64,000 nt of DNA from Anthoceros angustus (lineage: Eukaryota; Plantae; Anthocerotophyta): NCBI GenBank assembly GCA_010909165.1, contig MU008169.1:1364001-1428000 (forward strand), given 5' to 3'. Of this stretch, positions 47,495 to 60,378 are shown one piece after another. How positions within the stretch are numbered: the first letter of the stretch is position 1; each line of letters begins with the position of its first letter. The notes below the pieces were generated by a model. That model had not been told where the DNA came from. It saw nothing but the letters and a program-made list of their open reading frames with translations, and searched no databases. Position numbers and translations under genes: made by a program.

Positions 47495-50400
47495 TGTAAA
47501 CGATCTAGTCTCGGAAACCCCTGTTAAAATGTGCCCTGAAGTGAATTTTTTTGTTTTCTTTGAGAGTGGTGTGAAAATAAGTCAGTTGAGGTGGTTGGGG
47601 ATATTCATAGTAAAATGTCCTTGGCCTATGGAGTTCTTTTGTTTTATTGCCTAGGTTAGATAATAAATGGTCAAAACTCGGTGTTCCTTGGCCCATGGAC
47701 CTCGGATATCCACTACAAGGTCTATATATGCGGGTAGGGGTGGTTATTTGGGGTTTTGTCGGTCTAAGTTAGTCGACCAGTAATGAGGCGAATGAGTATG
47801 GGGTTGTGGATGGGGCATGGGCGGTCGTGAAGACAACGTGGTAGAGCCAAACTTAACCCTAAGGAAACGGTAGGGTGACAGGCGCGTTCAAGCGGGCCTG
47901 TGGCCTGGGCGGCAGTGAGTGGGCGCAGGCTGGGCGTGAGGTCGTCGAGCGCATTCGAGGCGGACCTGATCGGGGAGGCGGCGCGATCGTGGTGGAGGCT
48001 CGAACCCTCACCGGTGAAGTCGCAACCGTGGAAGGGGGCCGGCAGCTTGAGGAGGTAGGACCACAGGCGTGACCTTGGAAATTCGGAGGTGGCGTCGGTG
48101 CGAGGCCGAGGGGACTCTGCGGAAGGATGGCGCCCAAAGCCACGGTGAGATCGCTTGCCCAATGGCCAAACATGGACCATTGGAAAGTCCATGGGGCACA
48201 GTGAAGGAGCTGGGGGGTTTCATGGAGAAGCGGTGGAATTACACGAATTGGGAGTGGTGCGGTCGCTCGCCACCTAAAGACAAGCAACAGGCGAGGGAAT
48301 TAGAGCAAAACCTCGAGATTGGGACTGGCATTGGTTAGGGAAGTGTATGGGCGTGCAAGGAGGAGGCGGGGGTTTGGTGATGGAACCTTCTCGGAAAAGG
48401 AGCCACGGCCGCCATACAGTGGCGGGCGTAATCAAGAACCCAATGGTTGGTGGAGTGCAAGCCTGTTAATGGAGTGCGGCGGATGGCTTCTCTTCTCTGA
48501 CAAGCGGGATTATTTGTCGACCACTTCTGTTGTTCCTCCATGAAGTTGTCAAGGCGAAAATCGGTGAGGGGCGAATCCTCTTTGAGAAGTTGAGTGAAGA
48601 AAGGTTGAATCGATTTCTCTACCCTCGGCCCTCTCTAATTTCACCATTCCTAGTTCATCTTTATGCATGCTAATTGCACCGCGGAGGTAGAAATTGTGGC
48701 CTCCTTCATATGTGGAAGCCCGTCGGAGGTGAAGTGGAAGCGGAGGAGCCTAAGGAGGAAATTGAGGAGGAATCGGACGGAGTCCATGGCGGCAGATTCG
48801 AGGAAGAAGGAAATTCTACCGGCAGAAGGAGGAAGGCCGGGCGGGCAGGTCCAATGAAAAAGTGAAGGTGGCGCGTCACAGTCAGTGTGCGCTGAGAAAA
48901 AGCAAAAAATGAAAGCCAAGGAGGTGGCGGAGGAAGAGGCGCGGTCAGGAAGAAAATTTTCGACACGGATGATGAGCGACCGGAGGAATTAGTGACCTCG
49001 GGAGGCGGACCCCTCCTCGGCATGGGAAGAGATTTTCAAGGGACTCCAGCAGCGGAGGTGGGCCGGCCGTGGTGAGGTGCGCACTTTGTTGGGAAGGAAG
49101 GTGCTCGGCGGAGGATGGCGTCGCCGGCCAGTGGAATTACGAGGCGACGCCGATGATCCGGGCCCAAGCGGTTGTTGGACCAAGCGGCCTTGGCTCTCAC
49201 ATGGCTCGGTGTGCAAGGCGGGAGGAAGTGGTGAAGGCCGGGTTTGTGAAGGAGAAGCCAGGCGCAAGCAAGCTGGAGGAAGACAAGCGGCCTTAGAGGA
49301 GATAAGATCAAGCTTGAGGAGGATTTGTGCGGGGCCGGGAGAAGTGCAGGCCATGAGTCGGCGAGGCGCTCATGGCTCAAATCAAGGATGCCCACGAGTC
49401 AAACCGGAGATGCGGGGAGTTGTTGCGAGCCCCGGAGGCGAGGCGGCCTCGGTGGAAGGTCCATAAGCTGGCGGAGCGGTATAAGCGAGAGCAGGATGAG
49501 GCACGTGGCGAACGAAAGAGAAGAGGCGAGGTGGCGGGACTACGGCGGTAGTGGAAGGCACTCGGAGGAAGGACCACAAGTGGCAGACACCTACCACATT
49601 TCTTTGGACCAGCAGTCGTGGAGACCACTACTGCGTGGTGGAGGCGGCAATGGGCGGGGCGGCCGGTGACGCGGCACCCGCGAGGACATGGACGAGCAAC
49701 GGTGTAGTCTCACGGGAGGAGGAGGATCGAGGTCCTACCTCGCAAGTGAGGACCCGAAGTGCATACTTCTACCATTGCGCCGAGTGTGGGGATTGGCCCC
49801 TATTGCAAGGCGACCTTAGGAGTTGAGTGAAGAGGAGGTCCGAGCTTGGGTGGATGAGGAACGGTGGTAATCCTCGGCAATAGGCGGCGGAAGGCGGAAG
49901 CTCAGGCGGTATGCCCTCAATTAGGGGCGTCAGCGGTGGCGGTGAGGTGGAAGTCCTGTGGGAAAACCCGTCGATCGGTGGCGTGGCGGGAGGGCTCGTG
50001 GCGGCGATGGAGGCGAAGGCGGCGGACGAGTCGGGGAGGCGGCGCGGATAAGCGTGGGCAATAGGTGGTAGCATCCTAGGAAGAAAATTTGGTAGGATGC
50101 CCCCTTGGACCTAGGATCGCTTAGAATTGTGGCGCGTCCTTTAGTTTTAGGATCTAGAAATGGGAAGCAGGGGCGGCCGATGTATAAGAGGGCAACTTTG
50201 CCCACCACAGATAACTCTGGTTGAGATCCCCACGCTGCTGTGGATGGTTGGAGACGTCCAGGTTAGCGAGGTGGTGTGTGCGAGGCGCTCCTAGGGGTGG
50301 TCGAGCTTGCTCCATAGCGGAGGAGGAGGTGATGGAGCAATTTCGACAAGGAGGAAGCCAAGGGATTGGCGGCGGGTGGAGCTTGCTCATGCGCTTGGCG

Positions 50401-50675
50401 CCGGGGTTCTTCTCCTTCACCTTTCACCAGTTGTGTTCAAATCGAGAGGTGTGTGAGTGATGGTTGGAAGCTGCGGAATTGAGGAGAGAGAGAGAGAGAG
50501 ATCGGGTGAAGGAGAGATCAAATCATGCGATGCGAGGTGTGAGATCGTAAGTGGGAAGAGTAAGTGAGGTGAATTGGGCGTTAGCGAGAATTGTGTGAAT
50601 TGAGAAACTCAAACCGGTCTTGGTGGAAAGTGCACAAGGAAAACAAAGTCTCTAGTAGAAACCGTGTGGCGCCCT

Positions 50676-50700
50676 TTGTGTGTGTGTGTGTGTGTGTGTG
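50676..50700. repeat. (GT)n tract inside Gypsy LTRs (also ~59930-59950 and ~63225-63248)
   Basis: Same position in all three LTR 3' portions. Confidence 0.9.
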
Positions 50701-51120
50701 AGGGGGTGGCTAGGTCCTAGGAACTTTGGTCTCTAGGTGGTGGGTGCATGAAGTGTGGAGTGCCAAATAAAGTCCGATCTGAGAGCCTGGTAGGCCCGTG
50801 CTAGGGGTCCCATGGCCCGTCGAGATAGTTGCTAGGGTTTGGTGTGGGACCCACCTCGGTGGTCAGCAACTACCCGGTTGTGGAATGAGATTTGCGGTCG
50901 TGGAAATGGGATTTCGTCGTTGGACAAGTCGGAGGTAGTAGTAGTTGAGTAGATAGGTAAGAGGAGTGATAGCGGTGAGTCCACGACTTAGGCAAGGTCG
51001 ATGGTGATAGAAGTTAGCGTCTCTTGGCACAAACCATTCCCTTGGGAGCGAATCCTAAGCCTACAACGACATTGAGGGTGAATGTGGACCTCACGGTGTC
51101 CCTGACACATACACTCCACA

Positions 51121-51140
51121 TTTTGGCGCGTTCAATGGAA
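51121..51140 (+). promoter_or_regulatory. Putative PBS of element B
   Basis: TGGCGCGTT directly after the LTR end; equals the Athila tRNA-Asp-type TGGCGCCGTT with one C missing (inference). Confidence 0.5.
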
Positions 51141-51199
51141 TCATCAGGGCGTGGGAAGGACTAACCAACTTACGTAGAGTCTAGCATTACTAGATTGAT

Positions 51200-54100
51200 G
51201 GATGCCTCGGGTGGAGACAAGCGATTCGGATCGTGGGGACGCCGGCAAGACGGCCAAGCGGAAAGATTGCGAGAGTTACGAGGAGAAGCGGAGATCACAC
51301 TTGGGACGAGGAAGGGGCGGGGAGTCAACTCGGAACTAGGGATCGGATCTTAGCATTGATTCCCAACTCTCGACTACGAGCGGTACAAGGGGCGGTACCA
51401 CCACCTTGTCTTTTGATCTCGCTCCATTGCCTAGATCCGCTGCGGTCAGTCAAATCGTGAATGTGGAGGTCATCAGACGTAGTGGCGCGTCAACTACATC
51501 GTTGGACTACCCCCCGGCGGTATATGATACTGGTACTACTAAGCAATCTTACCGTTGTATGGAGAAAAGAAGGGCCATGAGGATCTGACGAGTTTGTCGG
51601 CGTTTTGAGCGGTGACGCCAACCGAGGATGCATCGTGCTTTATGGGGTCTTCGCGGCGGCCAAGTGGTACAAGCGGGAGTACATAGCTTCTTCCACACCC
51701 CGCCTACTTTTGGGGCCTTGAAGAGCTTTTGTGAAAGATTCGGAGGGTCGATGTGGAAGGGTATGTCGTCCAAGTTGGAGGGATTGCGGAGAGGGAAGAA
51801 GAGACCGCAGCTTATGTGGAAAGGTTCCACACCTACGGATCGGTCCGCACTTTCGAGCTAATGGCCATTCATTTGGTTTGCAAGAGGATTGGGCGCGGAG
51901 ATGGGAAGACACGTCGTCTCGGTGAGAAAGATTTGGATCGGGCGATCAAGTCGAACTATGAGGAGTCCAACGCGGAAGAGAAGAAGAACTCGAACAAGGG
52001 GCGGAAGGACAAAAGAAATACAAAAGAAGAAGAAGTACTATTCGTCCTCCGGCGATTCAGCGAGGAGGATAGCTCTTCGACTCCTCGGGTAGCTCCACGG
52101 AGGAGACCAGGATTCGGAGGAGAATTCGTCGGACGATGGAGGCCGAAGGGATAGAAGGAAGAAGGGAAAAATGATCTGGAAACAAGACGGTGCAAAGGGA
52201 AGGAGCTGCTATATGCACGAAAGGAGCGGTGAGAAGAGAGGTGGAAAGCAGCCAAAAAGTGGAGCAACAAGGGAACAAGATGGAGGAAATGATGGTCAAA
52301 GAGAAACTCCATCTTAATGCCATCAAGGACCATGATAGAAGAAGGGTTGCTCGGGCGCGAATCTCTTCCTCAACTTGTGGACAGCGAGGCACTCGAGTCG
52401 TCCACAAACAAAAGTGCAACTCTTGGGCTACGAGGAGGATGAGGAAGATGTGCTTGGAAGATACATACCAAATTCAAGGAGGCATCTCTGGTACTCAAGA
52501 CTTTGTACCCCTCGAGTTTGCGAAAACCCCAGCATGGGTATTCGCAATCGGATGAACCCGGGCAAATGAGTGCCATCGTGTTACAATTGTCGAGGGTTCG
52601 GGCATCTTGCGATGGATGCCCCTCCGCATCTCGGGAATGGTGATTTTGAAAAGTGTGTGGATTGCAAGCAATCGAGTCACGTGGCGGCGTCCTCTGCCGG
52701 ACACCAAAAAAACATGTGAGGATCGCTCAACCTCCGATTCTGACGACCACCCCTCAAAGCCGTGCGGCAATGCAAGTCAGATGCTCATGGGCGTATGGGA
52801 GGATTCCGAGGGCATGGAGCCTGGAAGGGTTGGGGGATGTGGGGATACTGGAACTCCTGCGATGGGTTTGACAGCGGCGAGGAAGGCGGACACCCTAAGA
52901 AGAGGCAGGGAAAAAAGGAAGAAGAACGGGTGGGAGCCATAACGTCGCAAGTGAGGAGGAAGAGGCGTCTTCAGGGAAGGAAGAGTCCAACCACAAAAGG
53001 CGAGGGACTCGGTATGGGAAGTGAAAAAAATGCGAATCCAGCGGACGGGAGCAAGGCCGCCACACTGCGCGAGGTTGCGATTTGGATGGCATCACAGGTG
53101 TAACTCCCTTAGCGAGACCGCGGATTCGAGGGTGAAGTGCAACGGACGCAGTGGGACTCGAGTCGACACGAAAAACCCGCAGAGGAAAAAAGGATGAGTC
53201 GTTCCGATGTCGGGAAGTTATGGATATGATCCGACAAGAGCTGGACAGACTCAAGCGGTCATTGACCACACCCACCCTCGGCGATCTTTCAACGACCGCA
53301 ACATCGGACTACCGGTTGAAATGACGGTGGGGTTGGCAAGGAAAGCAGAAGCAGTGTGTTCCTTTCAATTTGGCGGGCTATCATGGACCAAAAGTTCATG
53401 ATAACATTCCGACTTCTCGAGGACAATCCGATGCCAAAACGTGGGGCATTGAAGGCAACCCGAAGAGATAACCTTTCCACCCCAAGGCCGAAACCCTTCT
53501 TGAATATGGTGGCCATGATGGACGGTCCAGCTCTGAGATAGAAATTGCGGGATGTGTAATCAAGAAGGTGCTAGATTCGGGTCAGTCAACATCATGAGAG
53601 AGAGCTCGGAAGCTTGGGTTTGCAGATAGAACATACATCAAAGGTGTTGCGGTGGCGGACATGTCCAAAATGGGGAGAGGAGTCCTAACCCATATTGGTA
53701 CCATTACCTCATGGACTACGTGGTCATTAAACAAAAATATGAGGTTCTGGGTGGTCATGGATGTATGGGGCACGTTGCACCTTCAAATGGGCGAGAAAGG
53801 AAGTGGGATTCAAACCTCGGACCCCAAAAGGGAAGGATATGTTTGACTTGGGCAGAGATACGCAGGGAGACACCCGAAGCGGAGGGATACACCTCTGCTG
53901 AGATACCTCTGGGGAGAGGATGAGAAGGAGAAATTCCCATTCGCATATTTCGGATGAAGAGGACGACTCTGGGGAGATATTCCCATTCCATCAACCTATT
54001 AGGGTGCTATGGAGTCACAATTGACAACCCGGTGGTGGGAGGAGGATCGGCCGGAACGGAGGTCGAGGCAGAAGTAGAGGTGGTGAGGGGCCTTGTCTGG

Positions 54101-56783
54101 ACAAACTTCGGAGGTGCGAGGAGGGTGTCTCACGTTTACCTCGACGACCTATTAGGAATGGGAATGCGTGAAGGAGAACCAAGACAGTAGGAGGAAGGGT
54201 TGACATCACATCCGCGGTGGAGAGAGTGGAGTGCAGACGGATGAGGTCAAGGAGTGGAAGTGTTGGCAAGGTCCTTAAGTTTTGAGCAGGATGAATGCAG
54301 ACTTGGAAAGGGGTATGAAACAATGTTGGCGGAATTTATCCGTTTTGCTTTTGACGTTACGACATGAAGGGTATACCGAGGGAGAGCACAAGATTGATCT
54401 CGAGGGTGCCGTGCGGTCCGGATCTGTAATACAAGCTAAATCCAAAGTATTCAGAAGGTAAAGGAACAATTGGAGCTCTACTTGCGTACGGACGTCATAT
54501 ATCCTATTGTGACATCGGTGGGTAGCCCCAATTGTGGTGGTTCAAAGATACGATGCAGATTGGAGGAAGTTAAACAAGGTGACCAAAAAGACCATTACCC
54601 GCTTCCATTCATAGACATATCGGACTTAGTTGCGGGAGAATGGTCTACTCGTTCTGGATGGGTATTCGGTATAACCTACATCTCGGGAGAGTGATTGGCC
54701 ACCTACCTTCACTGATCGGGAACCTATGCCTACAAACGGAGCGTTCGGATTAACAGGATCCTTCATGCGGACATTGTCAAGATTTTCAAGGAATACCTTA
54801 GGGACTTCATGGAGGTCTTCCTGGATGACTTCTGCGTGTTTGGGCGAAGATCACCTCAACCACCTTCGCAAATGTGGAGCGGTGTCAAGACCCAATTGTG
54901 TCTACATCCCGAGAATGTTATTTCGGCATGCGAGGGTATTTTGTTGGGGCACCGCATTTACGGGGATAGAGGTCGACCGGATAAGGTCAAAATCATTACC
55001 GCCTCAAGCCACCTACCACCAAGGAGCTTAGGGATTCCTCGGAATGGTAGGCTATTATCGAAGGTTTGTGAAGAATTTTCCGGAGCTCACTTACGAGGCG
55101 CAAGGACCGGGAGTGGGAATGGACGCGAGAGGAGGCCTTCAATGATCTTCGCACCACCACGATCACGGCACCCCACTGGGAGGGGCACAAGAAATTCCAC
55201 GTGTTTGTAGACGTTTCGGCCTATGCAATCGGTACCATTCTAAGCCAAAGGGATGACAAGAAGCACGATTATCCAATCTATTATGCGGAGGCTCAGCAGA
55301 AGAAGTATACCACCACCGAGAGGAGGCGCTAGGGATGGTGTACTCGGTTCTGGTTTCACTATTTGCTATCCTACGAGTTCGTCTTCCATGTGGACCACTT
55401 CGCCTCAAACACCGTAAACAAAACCCTTGTCGGACGCAAGATGGATCCTACTCCTGCAAGAATTCACGTTCACGGTGGAGACCAGAGGAGGAGTAAACAT
55501 GTGATGCAGATTACATTTCGAGGTCGAGAGGAGGTTACAGACCAAAACGACGATTTTCCGATGAAGCTTTGTTCGCGGCGAGTTAGAGGGGCACGGCCGA
55601 ACCATAAGGCGAGGGTAAATGGTGGCTCGGCAGAAATGAGAAGGGAGAACGGATACACAAGGCCCACCACGAGGAGATGATGGAATTCGAACGGAGAAAA
55701 TACCACCGGATCTTTCAAACCCCAGTGTGCACTATTCGCGTCCGTTGTATGCGCAAAGACAATCTGTACAAATCGGGACCGGATGGGCGGGGAGTTATGG
55801 GTAACAAGCAGTTGTATCTTGACGGAGATGCACGAGGGAGAAGCGGAGGACATTTCTTTGCACATATCACGTGCAAGAAGGTGCTTGAAAGCATCGGTGG
55901 CAAACCATGCATCGTGATGCTAGGAGTTTGTTAAACGCTGCGATGCTGAGGGTTGGGAAACCGTCGCAACCACTCAATGGCCAATGGTTCCGATATTGGC
56001 CCGCGCCATTCGAGAAATGGGGAATAGACTTTGTTGGTCCCATACACCAAAACGAGGACGCGACAAAACCAATACATCCTCGTGGCCAGACTATTGCAGC
56101 GTATGGTGGAAGCCCAAGCACTGTAGACACACTCATGTAGTGGCGAGTTCCTCTATGAACATATCACTCGATATGGCTGCCCTTGGAGCTTATGTGAGGG
56201 TCACATTTTCAACGGTTATATCTCATATGACGATCTACTTCAACGTCATACGAAAACGACTCCTTATAATCCCAAGGCAAATGGCTTAACGGAAAAGGCG
56301 AATGGGCTCTTGTCGGGATCCTCAACAAGCTAACGGTGGAATGCGCACGATTGGGATCTTAAGCTTCACTCGCGCTACAGGCATCGCAGAGAAAATAACA
56401 AACAAACACCGTACTACCTCACCTCGGCCATTCTCCCTAATGCCTATTGAGTTTGAAATTCCCACCTGCGTATCCGAAACTAACCGCATGGCGTAGAAAG
56501 TCTCACTTCGCTAAACATACAGAGGATAGGGAGCAGGCGTTGAGTCATGCAGATATTCAGGAACGGAAAATATGGCATGACAATCGGTTGCGGAAGCAAG
56601 AGTGGGTAGTTGGTGACTTGGCCTCATGCGACAATAGGTATATGCACTTTCCAAGCTCCACCTTCGGTGGATGGGGCCATACAAAGTCTCAAGTCTTGAA
56701 TGGCTCAAGATAACCGCAAGAGAGCGGGACCTCCACTACCGACCCGAGTCAATGGGTGGAGGGTCAAGAAGTATTATACATAA
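51200..56783 (+). pseudogene. Heavily frameshifted gag-pol of Gypsy element B
   Basis: CYNCRGFGHLA, VLDSG, KKDHYPLPFID, FMEVFLDDFCVFG, FEKWGIDFVGPI; collinear with the element A pol. Confidence 0.9.
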
Positions 56784-59700
56784 GTTGGCGGGCAACAAAT
56801 GAGAAGGAGTATGTAAACGATCTAGTCTCGAAACCCCTGTTAAAATGTGCCCAGTGAATTTTTGTTTTTTTTCGAGTGGTGTGAAAATAAGTCGATTTGA
56901 GTTGGGGATATTCATAGTAAAATGTCCTTGGCCTATGGAGTTCTTTTGTTTTATTGCCTAGGTTAGATAATAAATGGTCCGGAATTTGGTGTTCCTTGGC
57001 CCATGGACCTCGATATCCTACAAGGTCTATATATGAGTAGGGGTGGTTATTTGGGGTTTTAGTCTATAAGTTGTTAGACCAGTAGCGTGAATGAGTGTGG
57101 GGTTGTGGATGGGGATGGGCGGTCGTGAGACAAGGGTAGTAGGGGCCAAACTTAACCCTAGGAAAGTAGGGTGACGAGCGTTCAACACGGCTGCGCAGTG
57201 AGCGGGCGCAGGAGAGTGGAGCGCACGGCGGGCGGAGCGTGGTCGAGGCATTGAGGCGGACCGATCGATCGGAGGCGAGAGGCGCGATCGTGGTGGAGCC
57301 GCCTCGAACCCTCACCGGTGAAAGCCGGTGGAAGGAAGGCGGCGCGGGCTGCGGAGGAGGTAGGAACCCTGGGACCTTGCCGAAATTCAGAGGTGGCACG
57401 TGGGCGAGGCGGGACTCTGCGGAAGGATGGCGCCCAAAGCCACTGAGATTCTTGCTGCCCAATGGCCAAACATGGACCATTGGAAAGTCCGGTGGGGCTG
57501 TGAAGGAGCTGGCGGGTTTCATGGAGAAGCGGTGGAATTACATGAACAGGGGCAGGAGTGCGCGCCACCTAAAGACAAGCAAGGCGAGGGAATTAGAGCA
57601 AAACCTCGGGATTGGGACTGGCATTGGTTAGAAGTGTATGGGCGCGAAGGAGGAGGCGGGGGTTTGGTGATGGAACCTTCTGGAAAAGAAGCAGCCGCCG
57701 TGAAGGGCGTAATCCGAACCCAATGGTTGGTCGAGAATTGGCAAGATTAATGTGGGCGGATGGCCTCCTTCCCTGACGAAGCGAGGATTATTTGTCGACC
57801 ACTTGTTCCTCCATGAAGTTGTCAAGGCGAATCGATTGGGGCGAATCCTCTTTGAGAAGTTGAGTGAAGAAAGGTTGAATCGATTTCTCCTCGGCCCTCT
57901 CTAATTTCACCATTCCTAGTTCATCTTTATGCGCATGCTAATTGCGCCGGTAGATTGTGGCCTCCTTCATATGTGGAAGCCGGTCGGGAGGTGAAGTGGA
58001 AGCGGAGGAGCCCTGGAGGAAATTGAGGAGGAATCGGACATGGAGTCCATGGCGAGGCGTTCGAGAGAAGGAAATTCTACCAGAAGAAGAGGAAGGCCGG
58101 GCGGCGGGCGGTGTGAAAAGTGAAGGTGGGCCGCGTCACAGTCAGTGCCGCGCTCTGAGAAAAAGCAAAGAAAATGAAAGCCAAAGCAAGGAGGTGGCGG
58201 AGGAAGAGGCGCGGTCCGAGGAAGAAAATTTTTGGCTGGATGCGAGATGATCAACTCCAGGAGGAATTAGGCGACCTCGAGCGGACCCTCCTCGGCATGG
58301 GAAGAGATTTTCAAGGGACTCCACGCAGAGGTGGGCCGGGTGGTGAGGGTGCACTTTGTTGGGAAGGAAGGTGCTCGACGGAGGATGGCGTCGTGCAGGG
58401 GCCGCGCAGTGGAATTACGGTGAGCCGATGATCCGGCCCAAGCGGTTGTTGGACCAAGCGGCCTTGGCTCTCACATGGCTCTGTGCAAGGCGGCGGGAGG
58501 AAGTGGTGAAGGCCAGTTTGGAAGGGAAGCCCAGCAAGCGGAGGAAGACAAGCGGGCCTTAGAGGAGATAAGAATCAAGCTTGAGGAGGATTTGTGCGGG
58601 GCCGGAGAAGGCAGGCCATGAGTCGGAGGAAGCTCATGGCTCAAATCAAGGATGCCCTGAGTCAAACCAGAGATGCGGGAGAGTTGTTGCGAGCCAGAGC
58701 AGGCGGCCTCGGTGGAGAAGGTCCATAAGCTGGGCGGTATAAGCAGGAGCAGGATGAGGCACGTGGTAGAAGAGAAAGAGGCGAGGTGGCGGGACTACGG
58801 CCGGGTAGTGGAAGGCACTCTGGGAGGAAGGACCACTGCCCAAGGTGACACCTACACGTGGACCCACGTCGTGGAGACCACTACAGGTGGTAGCGGAGCG
58901 GCCATGGGCGGGGCGGCAGGGGACGCGGCACCCCGCGAGGACATGGACGAGCAACGGTGTAGTCTACGGGAGGAGGGAGGATCAGTCCTACCTCGCAAGT
59001 GAGGACCAAGTGCATACTTCTACCATTCAGAGTGTGGGATTGGCCCCTATTATGCGGAGGCGACCAGGAGGAGTTGAGTGAAGAGGAGGTCCAGCTTGGG
59101 TGGATGAGGAACCGGGTAATCCTCGGCAATAGGCGGCGGCGGGCGGAAGCTCCGGGCGGTATGCCTCAATTAGGGCGTCAGCGGTGGCGTGAGGTGGAAG
59201 TCCTGGGAAAACCCGTCGGATCGGTGGCGTGGCGGGAGGGCTCGTGGCGGCGATGGAGGACGAAGGGCAGCGGACGAGTCGGGGAGGGGCGCGGATAGCG
59301 TAGGCAATAGGTGGTAGCATCCTAGGAATGAAATTTGGATGCCCCACCGGACCTAAGATCGCTTAGAATTGTGGGCGTCCCTTAGCTTTTTAGGATCTAG
59401 AAATGGGGCAGGCGGCGGCCGATGTATAAGAGGGGCAACTTTGCCCACCACGATAACTCGGTTGAGATCCCCACGCTGCTGTGGTTGGAGACGTCCGATT
59501 AGCGGTGGTGTGCGAGGCGCTCCTAGTGGTCGAGAGCTTGCTCCAACGGGAGGGAAGGAGGTGATGGAGCAATTTGTACAACGGAGGAGGAAGCCAAGGG
59601 ATCGGGCGCGGTGGAGCTTGCTCGTAGCCTGTGCGCCTTGGTTTCTTCCCTCCTTCACCTTTAAAAGTTGTGTTCAAATCGAGGTGTGAGTGCATGGTTG

Positions 59701-60378
59701 GTAGCCTGTGGGCGAATTGAGGAGGGAGAGAGAGAGAAGAGATCGGGTGAAGGAGAGATCAAATCATCAGCGATCACGAGGTGTGAGATCGTAAGTGGGA
59801 AGAGTAAGTGAGCGAATTGGGCGTTAGCGGTGGAGGGTGTGTGAATTGAGGAACTCAAACCGGTCTGGCAATGGAAAGTGCACAAGGAAAACAACGTCTC
59901 TAGTAGAAACCGTGTGGGTGGCGCCGCCACGTGTGTGTGTGTGTGTGTGTGAGGGGAGCGCGGGGTATCCTAGGAACTTTGGTCTCTAGGAATTGGTGGT
60001 GCATGAAGTGTGGAGTGCCAAATAAAGTCGATCTGTGCACGGTAGCCCGTGCTAGGATCCATGGCGCCGCGCCCGGAGATGAGTTGCTAGGGTTTTGGTG
60101 TGGGACCCACCTCGTAGTGGCGTAGCAACTACCGGTTGTGGAGGAGATTGCGGTGTGAAGAGTAGGATTTCGATGCGTTGGACAAGTCGGGAAGGTAGTA
60201 GTAGTTAGATGGTAGATTAAGGGGAGTGATAGCGGGTGAAGGCCACGGCAAGGTCGGTGGTGATAGAGTTAAAGTCTCTTGGCACAAACCACTCCCATGG
60301 GAGGATCCGGGCCTACAGCGACATTGAGGGTGAATCATGGACCTCCACAGGTGTCCCTGAACCTGAGTTACCTCCACA

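Larger units (their letters stand above)
47495..60378 (+). mobile_element. Full-length non-chromoviral (Athila-like) Gypsy element B, ~12.9 kb; LTRs 47495-51120 and 56812-60378
   Basis: Both LTRs run TGTAAACGATC...CTCCACA. PBS-like TGGCGCGTT at ~51124; PPT aaatgagaaggagta before 56812. CCHC knuckle (~52575), protease VLDSG (~53570), and RT/RH/INT fragments. TSD unclear (gcgt vs gtgt). Confidence 0.92.
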
